From Tubulanus polymorphus (Eukaryota; Animalia; Nemertea): a stretch of 64,000 nt of DNA. A program made the position numbers and the translations under genes. The stretch covers positions 10,395,859 to 10,459,858 of the forward strand of contig NC_134036.1 in assembly GCF_964204645.1 (NCBI RefSeq), given 5' to 3'. Position 1 is the stretch's first letter. The number at the start of each line of letters is the position of its first letter. Shown here in pieces: positions 13,240-26,900 of this stretch. The notes beneath the pieces were generated by a model. That model was not told the DNA's origin, made no database searches, and saw only the letters and a list, made by a program, of their open reading frames with translations.

Positions 13240-14360
13240 CGCGAGTGCACGACTTTATATATGTAATATAGATAATCATTAATAAGTCATTTTGTTTATA
13301 GAACACGGGAGTGATTGGATTGAAATTAGTTGCTCCCTTCGTTAAGAAGAGAAAAATTGTCATGAATTTTAGGCAGCTTAAATTGAAATCACCATCGGTA
13401 AAAAATAGACATTTTTAGAATATACTAATATACTAGACGGTATGATCATTGTACAAACATCACCCACTTTCTATCACACTACGTATGTTATCTACTTACA
13501 GTTTTGCCGTCGTGTTAAACGTTTGGTTGTTGCAGTCAATATAGAAACCTTTATGTTGAAAATTCGCACACGAATTTTACACTTCAGATATGTAATACAC
13601 TATTTACTTTTCTATTCAATTCTCTCAACTTGTCGGTTGTTTTTTTCAGTACTTGAATCCCGAGTAGAACCGAGTGAAATATGAAACTATTTCGTCTGAT
13701 ATATTTTACTGAAAATTCAGGAGCCACAATTATCAAGCTATCTAATAAACTTACTCGACTATTTCTACATACTGTGGAGCTGATCCGAAGTCAAATTAAT
13801 TCCCATAACTGTGGATTCGGAGTCAAATTCAACCCATACAGCAGTGGAACTAGATCCAGAACCAACAAACCAACATGACTATGGAATTCAGAGAATTGGA
13901 TCCAGAGTAAAATAAAACGAACAAAACTGAGTCAAATTAAATAGTAGGATCCGGGGAAAATATTATGTTACGTAAGCCTTGATTTATTTATTGAAACCCC
14001 AGTCACATTGGTTTTTCATGAAAATCCTCATTCATCCAGCCGGGTGCCTTTGGTCACAAGACTACGACTTATCATAAAATCATACTTCTCATCATAATTT
14101 CTAATTATCTAATTATAGTTTATCCTTCAACTAATTGACCTCATCTGTCAGTTACCATTGTAATATATATATGCCTGACGTTTAGCAATAACTCTCAATG
14201 TAAAATCAATGATTTCAATTCATCTGTTCAATATATGTAAGTACATTAGTACGATTATGCCAACTGATGTGATATAGATTTATCGATTACAGTTTCGCAG
14301 TCGAAGATGTTCACACTTTGGAAAACGTTCGACTCGGGTCTAATTCGACCTTCACAATTA
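13240..14360 (+). repeat. Diverged ~1 kb upstream repeat, copy 1 (inverted partner at 16900-18110)
   Basis: cacccactttctatcacac..tatctacttacagttttgcc here is reverse-complementary to 17761-17830; gactcgggtctaa here vs ttagacccgagtc at ~16935. Confidence 0.8.
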
Positions 14361-14399
14361 AATCTGGATATTTTATGATAGAGTGCTGTTAGTAAGATA

Positions 14400-16230
14400 A
14401 TTGAAATCTTTAGATGGTGAATATTACAATCATTTGAAAGATGATTATTATATTAATATCTCTCATGAAAAAAATAAAAACAAAATATTAGCAGAATCAA
14501 CTTTTATTAATTTAGAACAATCTATAATTAAGAAAATAAATAATTGTAATGAAATAGAAAAAGTTACTGAAACAGAAATGAATAAAAATAAAAAAGTATA
14601 AATTCAAAGAATTGATGAATTATTTGAAATATTTGATACTAATTTAGAAACAGAAACAATTCATAAACAGAATATACCTTCAAAAACTTATAAACCTAAA
14701 TCAAAACAAATTCAAATTGAAAAAATTTTACCGAATGGATTAATGGATGCAACAGATCAAGATTTAAATATTTTCTGATAGAGCAATAAGAGAAATAATA
14801 AGTAAACGACAATTAGAGAAGTTAATGGTATAGGAAATGCGCACGATAAACTGATTAGATTTCATAAAATTAACACTTTAGAAGATGAATTATTTAAATC
14901 AAATGAAGAATCAGAACTATTAAAATAAGATAGAAATCTTAAAGTAATTGAAGAAATTGAATTTAAAAAATGCATATGTTTTAAAATATAATATAAAATA
15001 ACAGAAAGAGGAATAAGATTTATTTTTAAAATCATGCGATTATATTATGATTAGATTAAAAGTTATTTTTAAAGGTCGAAGGGTCGAGCTCATAAAAAGT
15101 AGAATTTTATTTTATTTTTCATCCACTTAACCCTTCACCTTTTGAAATGAATCAACTATTATCTAATTACTCTAGTAATTCCATGTATATGAAAATTATA
15201 TAAATGAATATTATATTAATGAAATCAATATTGATGAAAAATGTGTTATTAAAATGGAGAGTAAACAAGTATACAGTGAGAACAACAAATCATCCTTAGC
15301 TAGAATAAAAGTTACTACAAATGCTAAATCAGTAGATAATAAATTCAAAAAAATTAGCGGAGTTAACAATTCATAAGAAATATTTAATTACTTATATCTA
15401 AACAACTACTAATAAATATGGTAATACAATAACAATTCATCTAGAATATGAAGGATTAAAAGGTAACAAATATTAATTCATAACATATCTACCAGATAGA
15501 TTTCACAGATTACCTAGTAAAGATATTGAAGAATTATCTTCTGGTGACTTCTACTTCATATGAAAAGGTAAGAATGAAAAAGGCACCATGACATAGATTT
15601 CGAATAAAAAAATATGTAAAATCAATTTTAATAAAAATTTTGTTAAATAAATGGAAGTAAATAAGAAGTACTACTGTCCAACTTGTAAAATATGATATAG
15701 ATAAATCTAAAAAACCAAGACATAATATAACTAAAACACACTTAGAGAACAAATTAAAATTAGAATTTAAAAATGATATAAAACTGGACGTTTGAAGTGA
15801 AAATCTAGAATCTATTACTGGTACCGGTACAAAACTAGACCAAGGTAATCAATTGTTCAATCACTCTAGTCTGAGTAAATGGTACTTGAGGTAGATGAGG
15901 TTATGGCATATAATCATATGAGTAGTATGTGTTGAGGTACCCGTAGTTGGGTGAACACAGTAGTGGTGGTGTGGTGGTGGTGTAATTACCCTAATAAAGT
16001 CGTTAATCCCTCTGATAACAATGAACGTCACAGTGGGTGGTGGTGGTCCGTTAATCCTCAGTGGCGGTAATTAAGTAAATGCTTTGTGGTGGCAATTAAG
16101 TTTATCCTTAGTTGTGGTAATTAGGAGGGGTGGGTAATTAACTAAATCCTTTAAGGTGGTAATTAGTAGTGGTGGGAGTAAATAAGAGAAATTTTAATCC
16201 GGTGCGGTGTCGACAACACGACAGCGAAGA
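14400..16230 (+). other. Extremely AT-rich degenerate coding island, possibly viral (Polinton-like virus/virophage-type) relic
   Basis: K/N/I/E-rich frames broken by stops; hairpin aaaggtcgaagggt...acccttcaccttt (15071-15143); GGT-rich block at the right end. Confidence 0.4.
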
Positions 16231-16235
16231 CAACT

Positions 16236-16300
16236 CATCACCATCACCACCACCACCACCACCACCACCACCACCACCACCACCACCACCACCACCATCA
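16236..16300 (+). repeat. (CCA)n microsatellite
   Basis: Direct reading; explains the spurious poly-Gly ORF 16138-16323. Confidence 0.95.
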
Positions 16301-16899
16301 TGACCATATCGCCGTGATTCCAATAGAGTCTGATTTACTTTAGGAACACGTTTGTTTTTGGGATCGCTAAATGATGTTTGAGATTATTTCGAATATTTCA
16401 CTCCCAAACAAACGAGACTGACAACGGACAACTCAGGAACTCATGCATGAACTTCGGAACTCAGAAAGTTATGAACTCATGAACTCAAGCTGTCGTCTCG
16501 GGGCTTCAATAACTAAGAGAAAACACAAAATGACTCATACAATAGAATAGTATTATTAAGATTTCTCACAGCGGTGGAAAAAAGCGGTAGGCCTACTCGA
16601 AAAGCGTTTTCCGATTCGGTGTTTTTCATTTGGCGTTTTTCGAATACCGGGAAAAAATTTCGATTATATTTCTAGCCAGCTGAGCTGTTGCAGGAAAGTC
16701 CAAATCTCGTTCGGTTAGATTTGATTTGATTTTCAGGACTTCGATATTTTTGGGAAAATATTCTACCCGTTTCTGTAGTTCTGTAGTTAATTAATAATGA
16801 ACGTAGTTCACTCGATCAAATTAAAGCCACATTGCTGTGCAAGCGGTCTCGAGTGTACAACCCACAACACTTTTGAATTAAATCCAGTGACAATTATTA

Positions 16900-18110
16900 G
16901 ACCCTAAAACCCGTATACTATTGTCTAGGTCAATTTAGACCCGAGTCAAACGTTGTACAAAATTTTGGAACCTCATCTGCGAAACTGGACTCGATAAATC
17001 AATTTTAGGCTGGGTGTGATTGCGAATGTCAGACCTATATATTTCTCTAGCAAGTGATGGATGAGGTCAATTAGTTGAAGGCAAAACTATAACCAGATAA
17101 TAAGACGTTAAAATGTGTATGATTTAGAATTCGTAGACTTATGATCACAGATATCCTGCTGGTTCGACAATTAGCCAAATTCAAATTCAACTCTATATCC
17201 AGTTTCACAATTTTGTTGGTTTTTGTGTCTGAATCTAGTTCCACAGTTCTTTTGGTTTGATTTTTCTCTGAATCCAGTTCCTCGGTGTCGTTGGTTTAAT
17301 TTGACTCTTTGACTTAATTTGACTCTCAGATCAAACGGATAAAACCGTGGAACTGGATTTGGAGTAGAGAAAAAATTCCCCCTTTCTGTGGAAGTGATTA
17401 AAAAGTGAAATTAAACCTGCATAATATTTGAACTGGATTCAAAGATTAAACCGCCATTCTGAGGGATAAATATTGACTGAAGATCCTGTCCCACAAATAT
17501 GTGAGTTTAATTCGTTATGGTTGAATACGTTCATTAGTTAACTAGAGAATATCGGATTCTGAAAAATCCACAAATATATCAGACGAAATAGTTTTATATT
17601 TCACCCGTTTCCACTCCGGATTTAAGTACTGAAATATGCACCCGATAAGTTGAGAGAATTGAATAGAAAAGTAAATAGTGTATGAATATTTGAAGTGTAA
17701 AATTAACGAGGGAATTTTCTACATAAAGGAACCTATGTTAAATGCAGCAACCGATCTTTAACACGAAGGCAAAACCGTAAGTAGATAACAAACGTGGTGT
17801 GATAGAAAGTGGGTGATGATTATACAATGACGTGGTACTGATCATGCCGTCTAGAATAGTAGTACATGTATATTCTAAGTATTTATAGGTTTTAACTGAT
17901 GGAGATTTTAAGATCTATGCTGCATAAAATTCATACTTAATTTTTCTTATATCTGAGCTGAGGACCGAATTCCAATCAAATCATTGAGGTGTTATAAAGA
18001 GGACGTGTGAGGGCTTAGGAACTAATTTGAAACGATTGATCAAACGAATCACGTGTACTTAAGATTATAATGAATTATTAATGATTAACTATGTTACGTA
18101 ATAATGTTAC
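16900..18110 (-). repeat. Diverged ~1 kb upstream repeat, copy 2 (upstream of knottin A)
   Basis: Reverse-complement similarity to 13240-14360 and 54180-55140. Confidence 0.8.
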
Positions 18111-19635
18111 ATAATACACTCCGTGTTTCCGTCTCAAAAAACACGTGATCTTGGTACTTTCAACGTATTGGCGGAAGCGCTTGCCCACCAATCATCTGGT
18201 TTAATTGCCAATTCGGCTAGCGCTTGTTCACGTTTGAAATATCTTATGAACTTCGAGAAATTTGGATGATAGGCTCCAATGTTTGACTGGAAGCGACGGT
18301 GCCACCCTTCCACATAGTTATTCGTTCAAAAAATGTCATCGAGTAGTTATAATTCACTTACCAAATCAACGGAAATTCATAGTAAGTCCATTAATTATTG
18401 CATTAGTTAACGTTGACTAATTTATTGGAATTAGTATTACTGTTAAGCCGATCACAAACTTTAAATCAGTACTAGAGTAATTAGCTGTACTATTAAGCTA
18501 CTACAGGAACAAAGGTCCTGTGCTTTCGAGGCACAGTTTTTTTTAAAATATCAATGAAAACATATACACATTGTTCATTCTACTACCCTTTTAATTATGC
18601 AGATCTGTACGCTCTAACAACTGCCTTCAACATTTGTGATCGTGAAGTTAATATCAGTTCATTTTCAACTTTTCATCTTAACTCGGAACTGTGGAACTGG
18701 GTCTACGGGCACTACGGTGACTGGGCGCATCAGACAGTGGTATGCTAGGAACAAATACGTCAGATCGATTATGGCCTGTTACAAAAAGTTCGACTGACCA
18801 ATGCGTATCACTTTCAAGGACTTTTTCATAATAATTGGACGGATAATCACTTAAATGAAAATCTATGATAAAGTTTATTTGGTTCAAAAAAATTTATTGT
18901 ATGCAGTGTGAGACACTGTGTTCTGCCAGCGCGCGCTTGCCTCGCGTATTATGGCTAAGACGCTCCGACCATCTTTTGCATAATATTAGGCGTTGCTTAA
19001 CCCACCACTCGCATGTGTTTATTGGCGCCCCAGTATGAGCATCAATTGTCTGCTAGTGGATAGACACACTTCAACATCCAATCAATATGATTTTTATACA
19101 CAAACCGCCACTGAGAGCTGAATACACGTTGCCTGTCATAGGAACTCAGCACAATACTATAGTCGGGGTAACCAACACTACTGATATATTACATTAGTCT
19201 CGCAATGTTTTTCCACATTATCCTTAATTCGTTTGTACCCGAGGTATCTTACCATTGACAGATCATAATGCTAGTATAACTGTATTTTAAAACAAAGACA
19301 CTTGTATTTATTACAAAAGTATGAGAAAGAACGCGCGGCGTACGTCTATAAGAGTACAGATCCATCCTTGTGAGAATGTAATCACTGTAATCCCGCTATG
19401 GTTTGCCAGCAGCCAATAGGCGACCTTTATAATGGCACGGGTATGATGAAATAAGGAAAACAAATAACTAAAGAATATTGATACACGAATCAATTATATA
19501 CTGATTAATGTATCAATAAATTAGCTGAAATCAGGTTAATTTTCTGAGAGCCTCTTGAAAACTGTTGATCAGAATTAGAGATTCCTCAACTTGCCAAAAT
19601 GCTGACATATCTAATTCAAATTCTAGGAAACGAAA

Positions 19636-20071
19636 ATGCTTGCTTATTTAATGACTCGTGCATCTGCAGTTGTTGTGATAGTGATCAGTGCCGCGGCATT
19701 GGCAGAAGGTGAGTAACAACCTGGAACACAATATAATATTATTTCATATTATTCCATGGATTACAGTAACATTTATCAGTAAACATCTAGCAGCTGTTCA
19801 TAGAATCAACGAAGTAATTTGATGAATTGCATTTCAAAGATAACATTACTTAATAAGTATTAGTAATATTAGTTATAATCATATTCTTACTAAAAATGTA
19901 TTTAATTGACGTACAGTGTTTTGTCATATATCCGGGAGTGGGGGTTCAAAATTCAATTCTTATTGCATACCTTTTTTCGGAAATATAGGTTGCAAGATAC
20001 GAGGCGTAGCTTGTTCTAGCCGTACTAATTACTGTTGCTCTGGCAAATGTACCATCGGAACTTGTTCATAA
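19636..20071 (+). CDS. Secreted knottin (ICK) toxin-like peptide A, 51 aa, 2 exons (19636-19708, 19989-20071)
   Basis: MLAYLMTRASAVVVIVISAAALAE-GCKIRGVACSSRTNYCCSGKCTIGTCS*; phase-1 intron gtgagt...tatag; AATAAA at ~20195. Confidence 0.9.
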
Positions 20072-20578
20072 TCGTCGGTGGTCAGGGTTTATAATCGGGT
20101 ATACTTGTGATGGTTTGGGAAATCCGATTATGAAGCTGAACCACAGTCAGGTTACTGACTGACTACTTCGTGTACGTTAAAGAAGCTCGAATTGAATAAA
20201 ACTGTAAGCAAATAAACATATGATTACTTATCTTTAGCCTAGAGGTTGAATAGATTGTAAAGTGATCAAAAGGACGCTCCGTCCCATTAGCGACGGGGAA
20301 CATCAATTGTCAAACTATTCTCGAATCAATTTGTCATCCATGGTTTACATCAGTTCTCTATTTCTCGTCTTTAAGTTTTATTCACAAATTTTAGTCATGT
20401 TCTTAAAAAACCGATTAATTCGTGTTCTGAGATATGCGACTATTTCTATTAGTGGAGAGATCGACGTTGCACCTGCAGGGCGTCCGCAATTTTAAGAGAC
20501 GAACAACAATTACCGCCATTTGAAGAGACAAACAAAGATTACACATTACGACACAGACACACGGTCTCAGAGGACATA

Positions 20579-20850
20579 CCCAGCTAACACATCAACCTAA
20601 TTTCAATGTTTAAAAAACGTTGAAATGAAACGTTGCACCGACATTTATTTCCAGTTTAAAATGAAAGTTGAGATGACGTAAGTCATCAACGTTGAATCAA
20701 GGTCCTAAAAAAACGTTGCATCCGAGTCCTTTTTCAACGTTGAGTTGACGTTTAAAAGAAACGTTGAGTTGACGTTTATTTTCAGGTTGAAATGAAAGGT
20801 TGGGTGACGTTTATCTCAAACGTAAAAACGTTAATCCAACGTTGATGCTA
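20579..20850. mobile_element. AACGTT-rich MITE fragment
   Basis: Starts cccagctaacac, followed by many aacgtt/gacgtt subrepeats; second end not seen. Confidence 0.45.
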
Positions 20851-21839
20851 AGAATGCACCAAAATCACCAATCAAAAACCTAAACTTCTGTAAAATAAAG
20901 ATTATTATTACAAATCTCATAATAATTGTATAAAAATAAAACAGAATTACATAACAGCAGTATCCTTGTGCTTGAGATCTGATAAAATTGACTTTCGTTT
21001 ACAAAATACAATTAAATTGAGTTTGACGGACAATGACAGCGCATTTACCCAATCGACCGGTCTGCTAACCCAATTGCATTCACCAATAAGGCCAGAAATC
21101 AAATGTAGTATTCAGATCATACATCACTCATCTCGAAATTCTGTCCCCAAGGACAAAAACAATGAATTACCGGTGTACACAAATATGCATTGAGCAAAAG
21201 TGATTTGGTAATACCAGCGAAGTTACGAACCAAAACCGAACGAATCAACTTCGAACATTAATAGACATGCATATATCCCTCCTTGAACTTGATATGACTT
21301 TTACGTAAAGTAATCAGAATAACGTACAGGCAGTCTTCTAGTGCTTGAGATCGAACTATTCTTGTAAATAGTCGAGAAAAAACCTTTATTTCTACAAATA
21401 ACCAAATTGTTTTTTTCTGTAAGGGAGCCTCAATATTGCTTGTTAAAGGTAGCATTCAGATTACACAACAATCTCTTAAGTTCGAGGACACCATGCCCAC
21501 AGGTGACATGATTGACAATCTGACAATTTTATTATTAAACGCCTCCTTGAAAACACAATATATACAGAAACCATTGACTTTTAAGAACTTGCCACAATCA
21601 TAGAACATCTCATAAGCTACTTGATCGTGGTGTCAATATGTACATGTACATACCATTATAAATGGGAGATTGTATTTGAGTCAATAAATTACTTCCCCTG
21701 GTGGAGAGAAGGGGTCAATCATTTATTACCCTACTTCATGACAATAAAATAATCAAAACAAAAATGCAATTTAAGATGTGTTGATACAAATAGAAATAAC
21801 AGGTAGTGCCCCAATTGGGACGAAAACAATCAACTATAA

Positions 21840-21915
21840 AGCTAAGCTCAGGTCGACTTATGAACCAATCATCTCATCGGAATGGTCTCCGATTTAAGTC
21901 GACCTGAGCTTAGCT
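21840..21915. mobile_element. Tiny PIF/Harbinger-like MITE
   Basis: TIRs agctaagctcaggtcgactta / taagtcgacctgagcttagct flanked by TAA on both sides. Confidence 0.7.
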
Positions 21916-22349
21916 TAAGAATATACATGATGCCCTATATAATATACATGACTGCTGCAGAGCTTTGAACTCCACTGCTTATTCCCTCCCTTTCTGTATG
22001 GAGCATATTTTAGTCTTTTTCAGTAATGCGGTACTTCCTGGTGGCTACATCTGAAAGTAGAGAAAAGTAATGCCTAAATACACAAATAAACATGTTGTAT
22101 CGATGTTTGACATCATCACATGCAAAATGAATGCACTAAGGTATATATGGGTCAACAATTATGATCAGAATCATAAACGATCACCATCTTGCATGACATC
22201 ATGACCATATTTCGCAAGCTAGTAGATAATATCATTTGACACGTGAATTCTCTACCCCATTTTCTGCATGACCTCAATCCAGCCGATTTGTGGTTCTAAA
22301 ACCTTACAACAATCCGAGGATCCCACTGAGAAAGCTACTTTTCTTTCTC

Positions 22350-22810
22350 TCTTTTTGATGGGTTTCGTCGTCAGACGAACCCATCTATGGCATCGTCGTC
22401 ATGTCTGTCTGTCTGTCTGTGGATGTTTCTATATGACACGATTTAAGCTGTTTGTGTGGACCGACAATTCTGTAATTTCACACAGGTATTCTCTACTTGA
22501 TGTAGATGGTGCAGCTTGGTTTATATTTGATTCCGATGGTTATAAGTGCTCTAATTTGGTTAAAAGATAATTAACGTTACTCGCTAGTTCAAGCCGCTGT
22601 ATAGCGCGTTGCTACGACGACGCTCGATCAACATACTGGTACTCGCTGTGTAATACTGAACACGTATATACCTGTAGATATTGATCGTACTAGCACCGGT
22701 TTTAGATAGCGCGCGCGCTGATCGGTCTTAACACTTCTCGGAACTGCTGTGCTAAATGCTGAGAAGCCGAATCTATGCGCAATCATTTATTGGGCTCGTC
22801 ACATTTGATA
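22350..22810 (+). mobile_element. Possible Helentron-associated (HINE/DINE-1-like) element
   Basis: T-run, stem-loop gatgggtttcgtc...gacgaacccatc, then (tgtc)n microsatellite; 3' end uncertain. Confidence 0.4.
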
Positions 22811-23990
22811 GTGAATGGATAAATAACCGGTGTCAATGACGGTCGCTACTCCCCATCAGTATAACTCATCAGTATAAGAAATAATTCTTTCGAGTTTTTT
22901 TTTTCAATCCCCGAAGTTGTTGTTACTATGTTGACCTCGCCGTTTTATAAGCTTACCGATGATTCTTCTAGTATTTTCAGGGTCACAAGACATGACGAAG
23001 TCGCAAAGTTTTGTACAAATTTCACGAAACAAACAATTATTTAGGCGGCACCTGATCTATTGATTAATTATGATAAATAATGTTTATTTCATTAAAAATT
23101 TGTTTTATTCAAACACTACTTTCATCGCACATAGCGTGATCGGTAGGCCCTACTATTCTACGGTAGGCCATGGACTCTTTCATGTGGTAGGCCTATTACA
23201 AATGATACAATCCGCGTGTCCGTGAATAAGTGACACGTGGTGGGGCGGGTTGTGAGGAGCATCGAAACTAATCCGTCACAAATAATAGATAGAAAACAAT
23301 ACCTTAAGAGGTTAACTTTTATTAACATTATTACCAAATCAAAACCTGCACATCCTATCATGAATAGAAATTCTAAGAATTTATTTCAAAGAATAATAAA
23401 TTACGTCTAAATATTGGGATTCGAACTCGTAGCATCGATTCAGGTGCCTTTCCCAAAGCGGGTATCCCGTGGGAAAAAACCCATTACTATTTATATCGAG
23501 AATCGCCTTTTTGACAGCGAGTTCGGTGAATGAAACAGAAACAATTACACAGAAACCCATCATGGAAAGTTTCTTTCTGGTTATAGATTGTGCTTGTTTA
23601 AAAATGGTAAATTCTATTGTTTGTTTTTGTTTTTTCTATTAATATCTGTACAAAGCCTGTCATATGCTTTCCGTGAAATAAATCTGAAATTGAACTTGGA
23701 TACAATTTAGCTTTAAGCAGTACCCATGTGTACTTTTGTCATAGATCAATGTCGGGTGGAATTTTTCACATGATTTTCAAACGGGTGTTGACATGTTTGA
23801 GTCAGGGTAGCCGCAAGCAACACCTGTATTTGAGAATGGCAAATTCCAGCAAAACTAGCATATAAAGTAAGGGTGTAAAAAATTTCCAAGCATTGAAAAA
23901 GAATTAAGTAGCATGATTTGTGAAGAAACCTGCTTACCCATAAGAATCTTGTAGAGGCGGAACTGCTCAAAAGGGAATTTCCCCCTTTTT

Positions 23991-26900
23991 CCTCTAACGC
24001 AGTCTCAAATGTTTTGTGACTTTCTCAAAATGTATCAAAAATTGAAGTAATTTTTAGTTCATAAGTCTTCAAATATTCAAAAATGAACAGTTAAGAATTG
24101 TTGAAACATGTCGACTCAGCCGTAAAATCAACCCATTCACAGTCCCGAATGTGGGGTAATGTCGGGCTTTAGATAAAATAATGCCCCCAAGGTCTTCACA
24201 TTTACAGATAAGATTATGTAAGCGTGTCGCGCGTTACACCGGATAGGCACACAATAGAAATATGAGCCGCACGTTCTTTGATCATCACCAATTAAGAGGA
24301 CCGCTATTGTGAAAATTGACTGCGGGAGGAATATTCCTCCCAAAGTCAATCGATGGAAACTTGACCAAGGGGTCTGATATTCAAACAATTGACTTTGGGA
24401 GGAATATTCCTCCCAAGGTCAAACGAAGAGAATTTGACCTTTAGTTCTGATATTCAAAGTATCGACTTCGGGAGGAATATTCCTCCGACTGTCAAACGAA
24501 GGAAAATGGACCTAGGTCTGATAATTCGAAATATTGACTTTGGGATGAATATTCGTCCAAACCTCTAACGCTAAAAACCTGAGCTTTTAGAATGATAGGT
24601 CTACATAAATGATATTGATGTAATTGTTTTTAATAAATAGTATACTATAGCGACGAAACCAGACATATTTAGGCAATTTGATTGTTAATATACACTGTAT
24701 TTGAGGGTCTGCGACAAATAATTTTAGAAAGTTAAATAGCTGTAGTACAGGTTCTAATAATGAGCCTAATATAGTCTTCACATCGCAATCAGTTGTTAGA
24801 ATGCATCTTCCTTTTTCTTGTTTTGTTCTGAGACGACTAGTTAAATTTTTTTCTTGATTGATTCACGCTGGGAAGTCTACATCAAATTATATTGTTGATC
24901 AAATCAATTATGTTTCAACTGCGAATTCACATTTGATATTGATATTAATAATCAATATTACTCATCATTATATAGCCCACTGCTGCAAATTGTAACCAGT
25001 GTGCTTTTCATGGGTATAAAATTAACACAAGTTGAAGAAATCGAATTTGAAATACGTGGATAATAAAAAATAAGTTGAAGGTAGGGCGGAGAGATCTGAC
25101 GAAAAGAAACAACAAACGATATGGGCGCCAAATCGACCCAATGCCTAATTGCCCGACCAAATAGTCCGACCAGACCTGAGTCAAATTAAGCCGAGTCAAA
25201 TTAGAGCGTGTTAATTTAAACTGGTTCTGGAAGTCAGTCACTTCGCTTTGCTTAAGTATGGACTCGTTTTAGAGTCTCTTCAAGCATTGTTTAGTATCGA
25301 ATGAATGGGTTTGCATTTGAATGTGAAATAAATTTGAACATGAAAATCAGCGCGCTCTTTGGTAAGCCATGAAAACAATTAAAGTCGGACCCTGATTCAA
25401 GCAAATTTGTTTGCAAATTAGCCATTGTCCTAGTTTTAACTTCTGATTTCTACCCTGTATAGCCCGGTTTATATTTCTGTTTGTACTCTTTCATAGAAAT
25501 TCGACAGATATCAAATGGCATCTTTGATTACAGACACTGTTGACCGGTACACACCAATATGTCCATCCATCCGACATACGAGCAATTATCTCATTAATGA
25601 GATAATTGCTCGTAGATCCGACAGCTACGTTTTACAACTAGAAGTGCATAAAATCAGATTCCTAATGATATTACATGTATTACTATTAAGAAATAGCTAT
25701 TAATTATGAATAAATTCAAAAAGAATTGAGAAAATATCTTGCTTCGAATGGCTTTTAATTAAATATTGGAAAGGGCGATTTTGAAGGGGGAATTTTATCT
25801 GCGGTGTCACTGCTAATCGAGTAATCAAGAAGCACAAACTCCCTAAGGTGTTCAAGTGTTTTAAGCAGATCTTTTCCGATTGTGATCCCAATATATGAAT
25901 TGCACATGGAACTATTATGTATAAACACCTCTCACAATTTACGTAATGACTGAGTGGCGTCCTGTTGGACAAGCTATATTACACCATGATGAAAAGCCTT
26001 TTATAGTTTAGAGTTGGATTTCTCGATGTATAAATGCAAGGAGGGTCAGAGGCTTTATGCTCAATAACATTAGGTTCCTATAAATGTTTGCTATGGATTT
26101 CAAAATAAAAGAAAAATCTACGTTTAAATGAGATATCTGTTTCATTACTCGTGATATATCAGGGAATCTCTGCAATAAAATTTGACGATTTCAAAATTAT
26201 TACAAAATGAGCAAACTTTGTGATATCTGCTAACAGTATAAATTCAAGCGTATATGCGGATTTGCGTGATATGTAATAAATATCGTAGCGAATAATCAAT
26301 GAGAAAAGTATCTACCGTAGCTAGAGATGATAATGAGTCCCATATCCAGAATATCCGAACCAAAATATCTCCCTCAAAAAACCTTCAACCATTCAAAAAA
26401 ACATAAGAATATGGTTGTAGGTAAAAATCTCCCTGGTAAAATTCCCCTAGGTAAATATCCCCTGTGTAAAACCGAAAATATTCAAAGTAGGTAAAAATCC
26501 CCACTCGGTGATTTTCAAAGACATTTCAAAGCAAAATGTTTCTCCAATTTTATTAATTTGCTATGAGACTGAAATATGTTAGAACTGTGCAATGAAATCT
26601 TTCGTTGCGATAAATTCTTAAGTAAAACTCTTAGCATAAAATAAATTGTTAGAATTGATAAGAATGATAAATTTTTATTTTGTAATATCTAAAGATTCGA
26701 ACAGGAGTATTTTTGAACTGCGGACTTTTAACTGTGGTATATTTCAGCTGTGCGATGCCAAAAATTATTAGAAATAATGTTCTTTTGATTTGAAATATTT
26801 TAGATTCAAGATAGTGTAATATATTTGAAATGTGCGATGAACCCTTTCATTAAGCTGTGCGATCACTTGATTTACCCATTTAGTAGTAATGAACAATGTT

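Noticed and set aside
16138-16323. Poly-glycine ORF
   Set aside because: Artefact of a (CCA)n microsatellite.
23405-23450. tRNA-like B-box (gggattcgaac; also ~11492)
   Set aside because: No cloverleaf can be folded; at most SINE debris.
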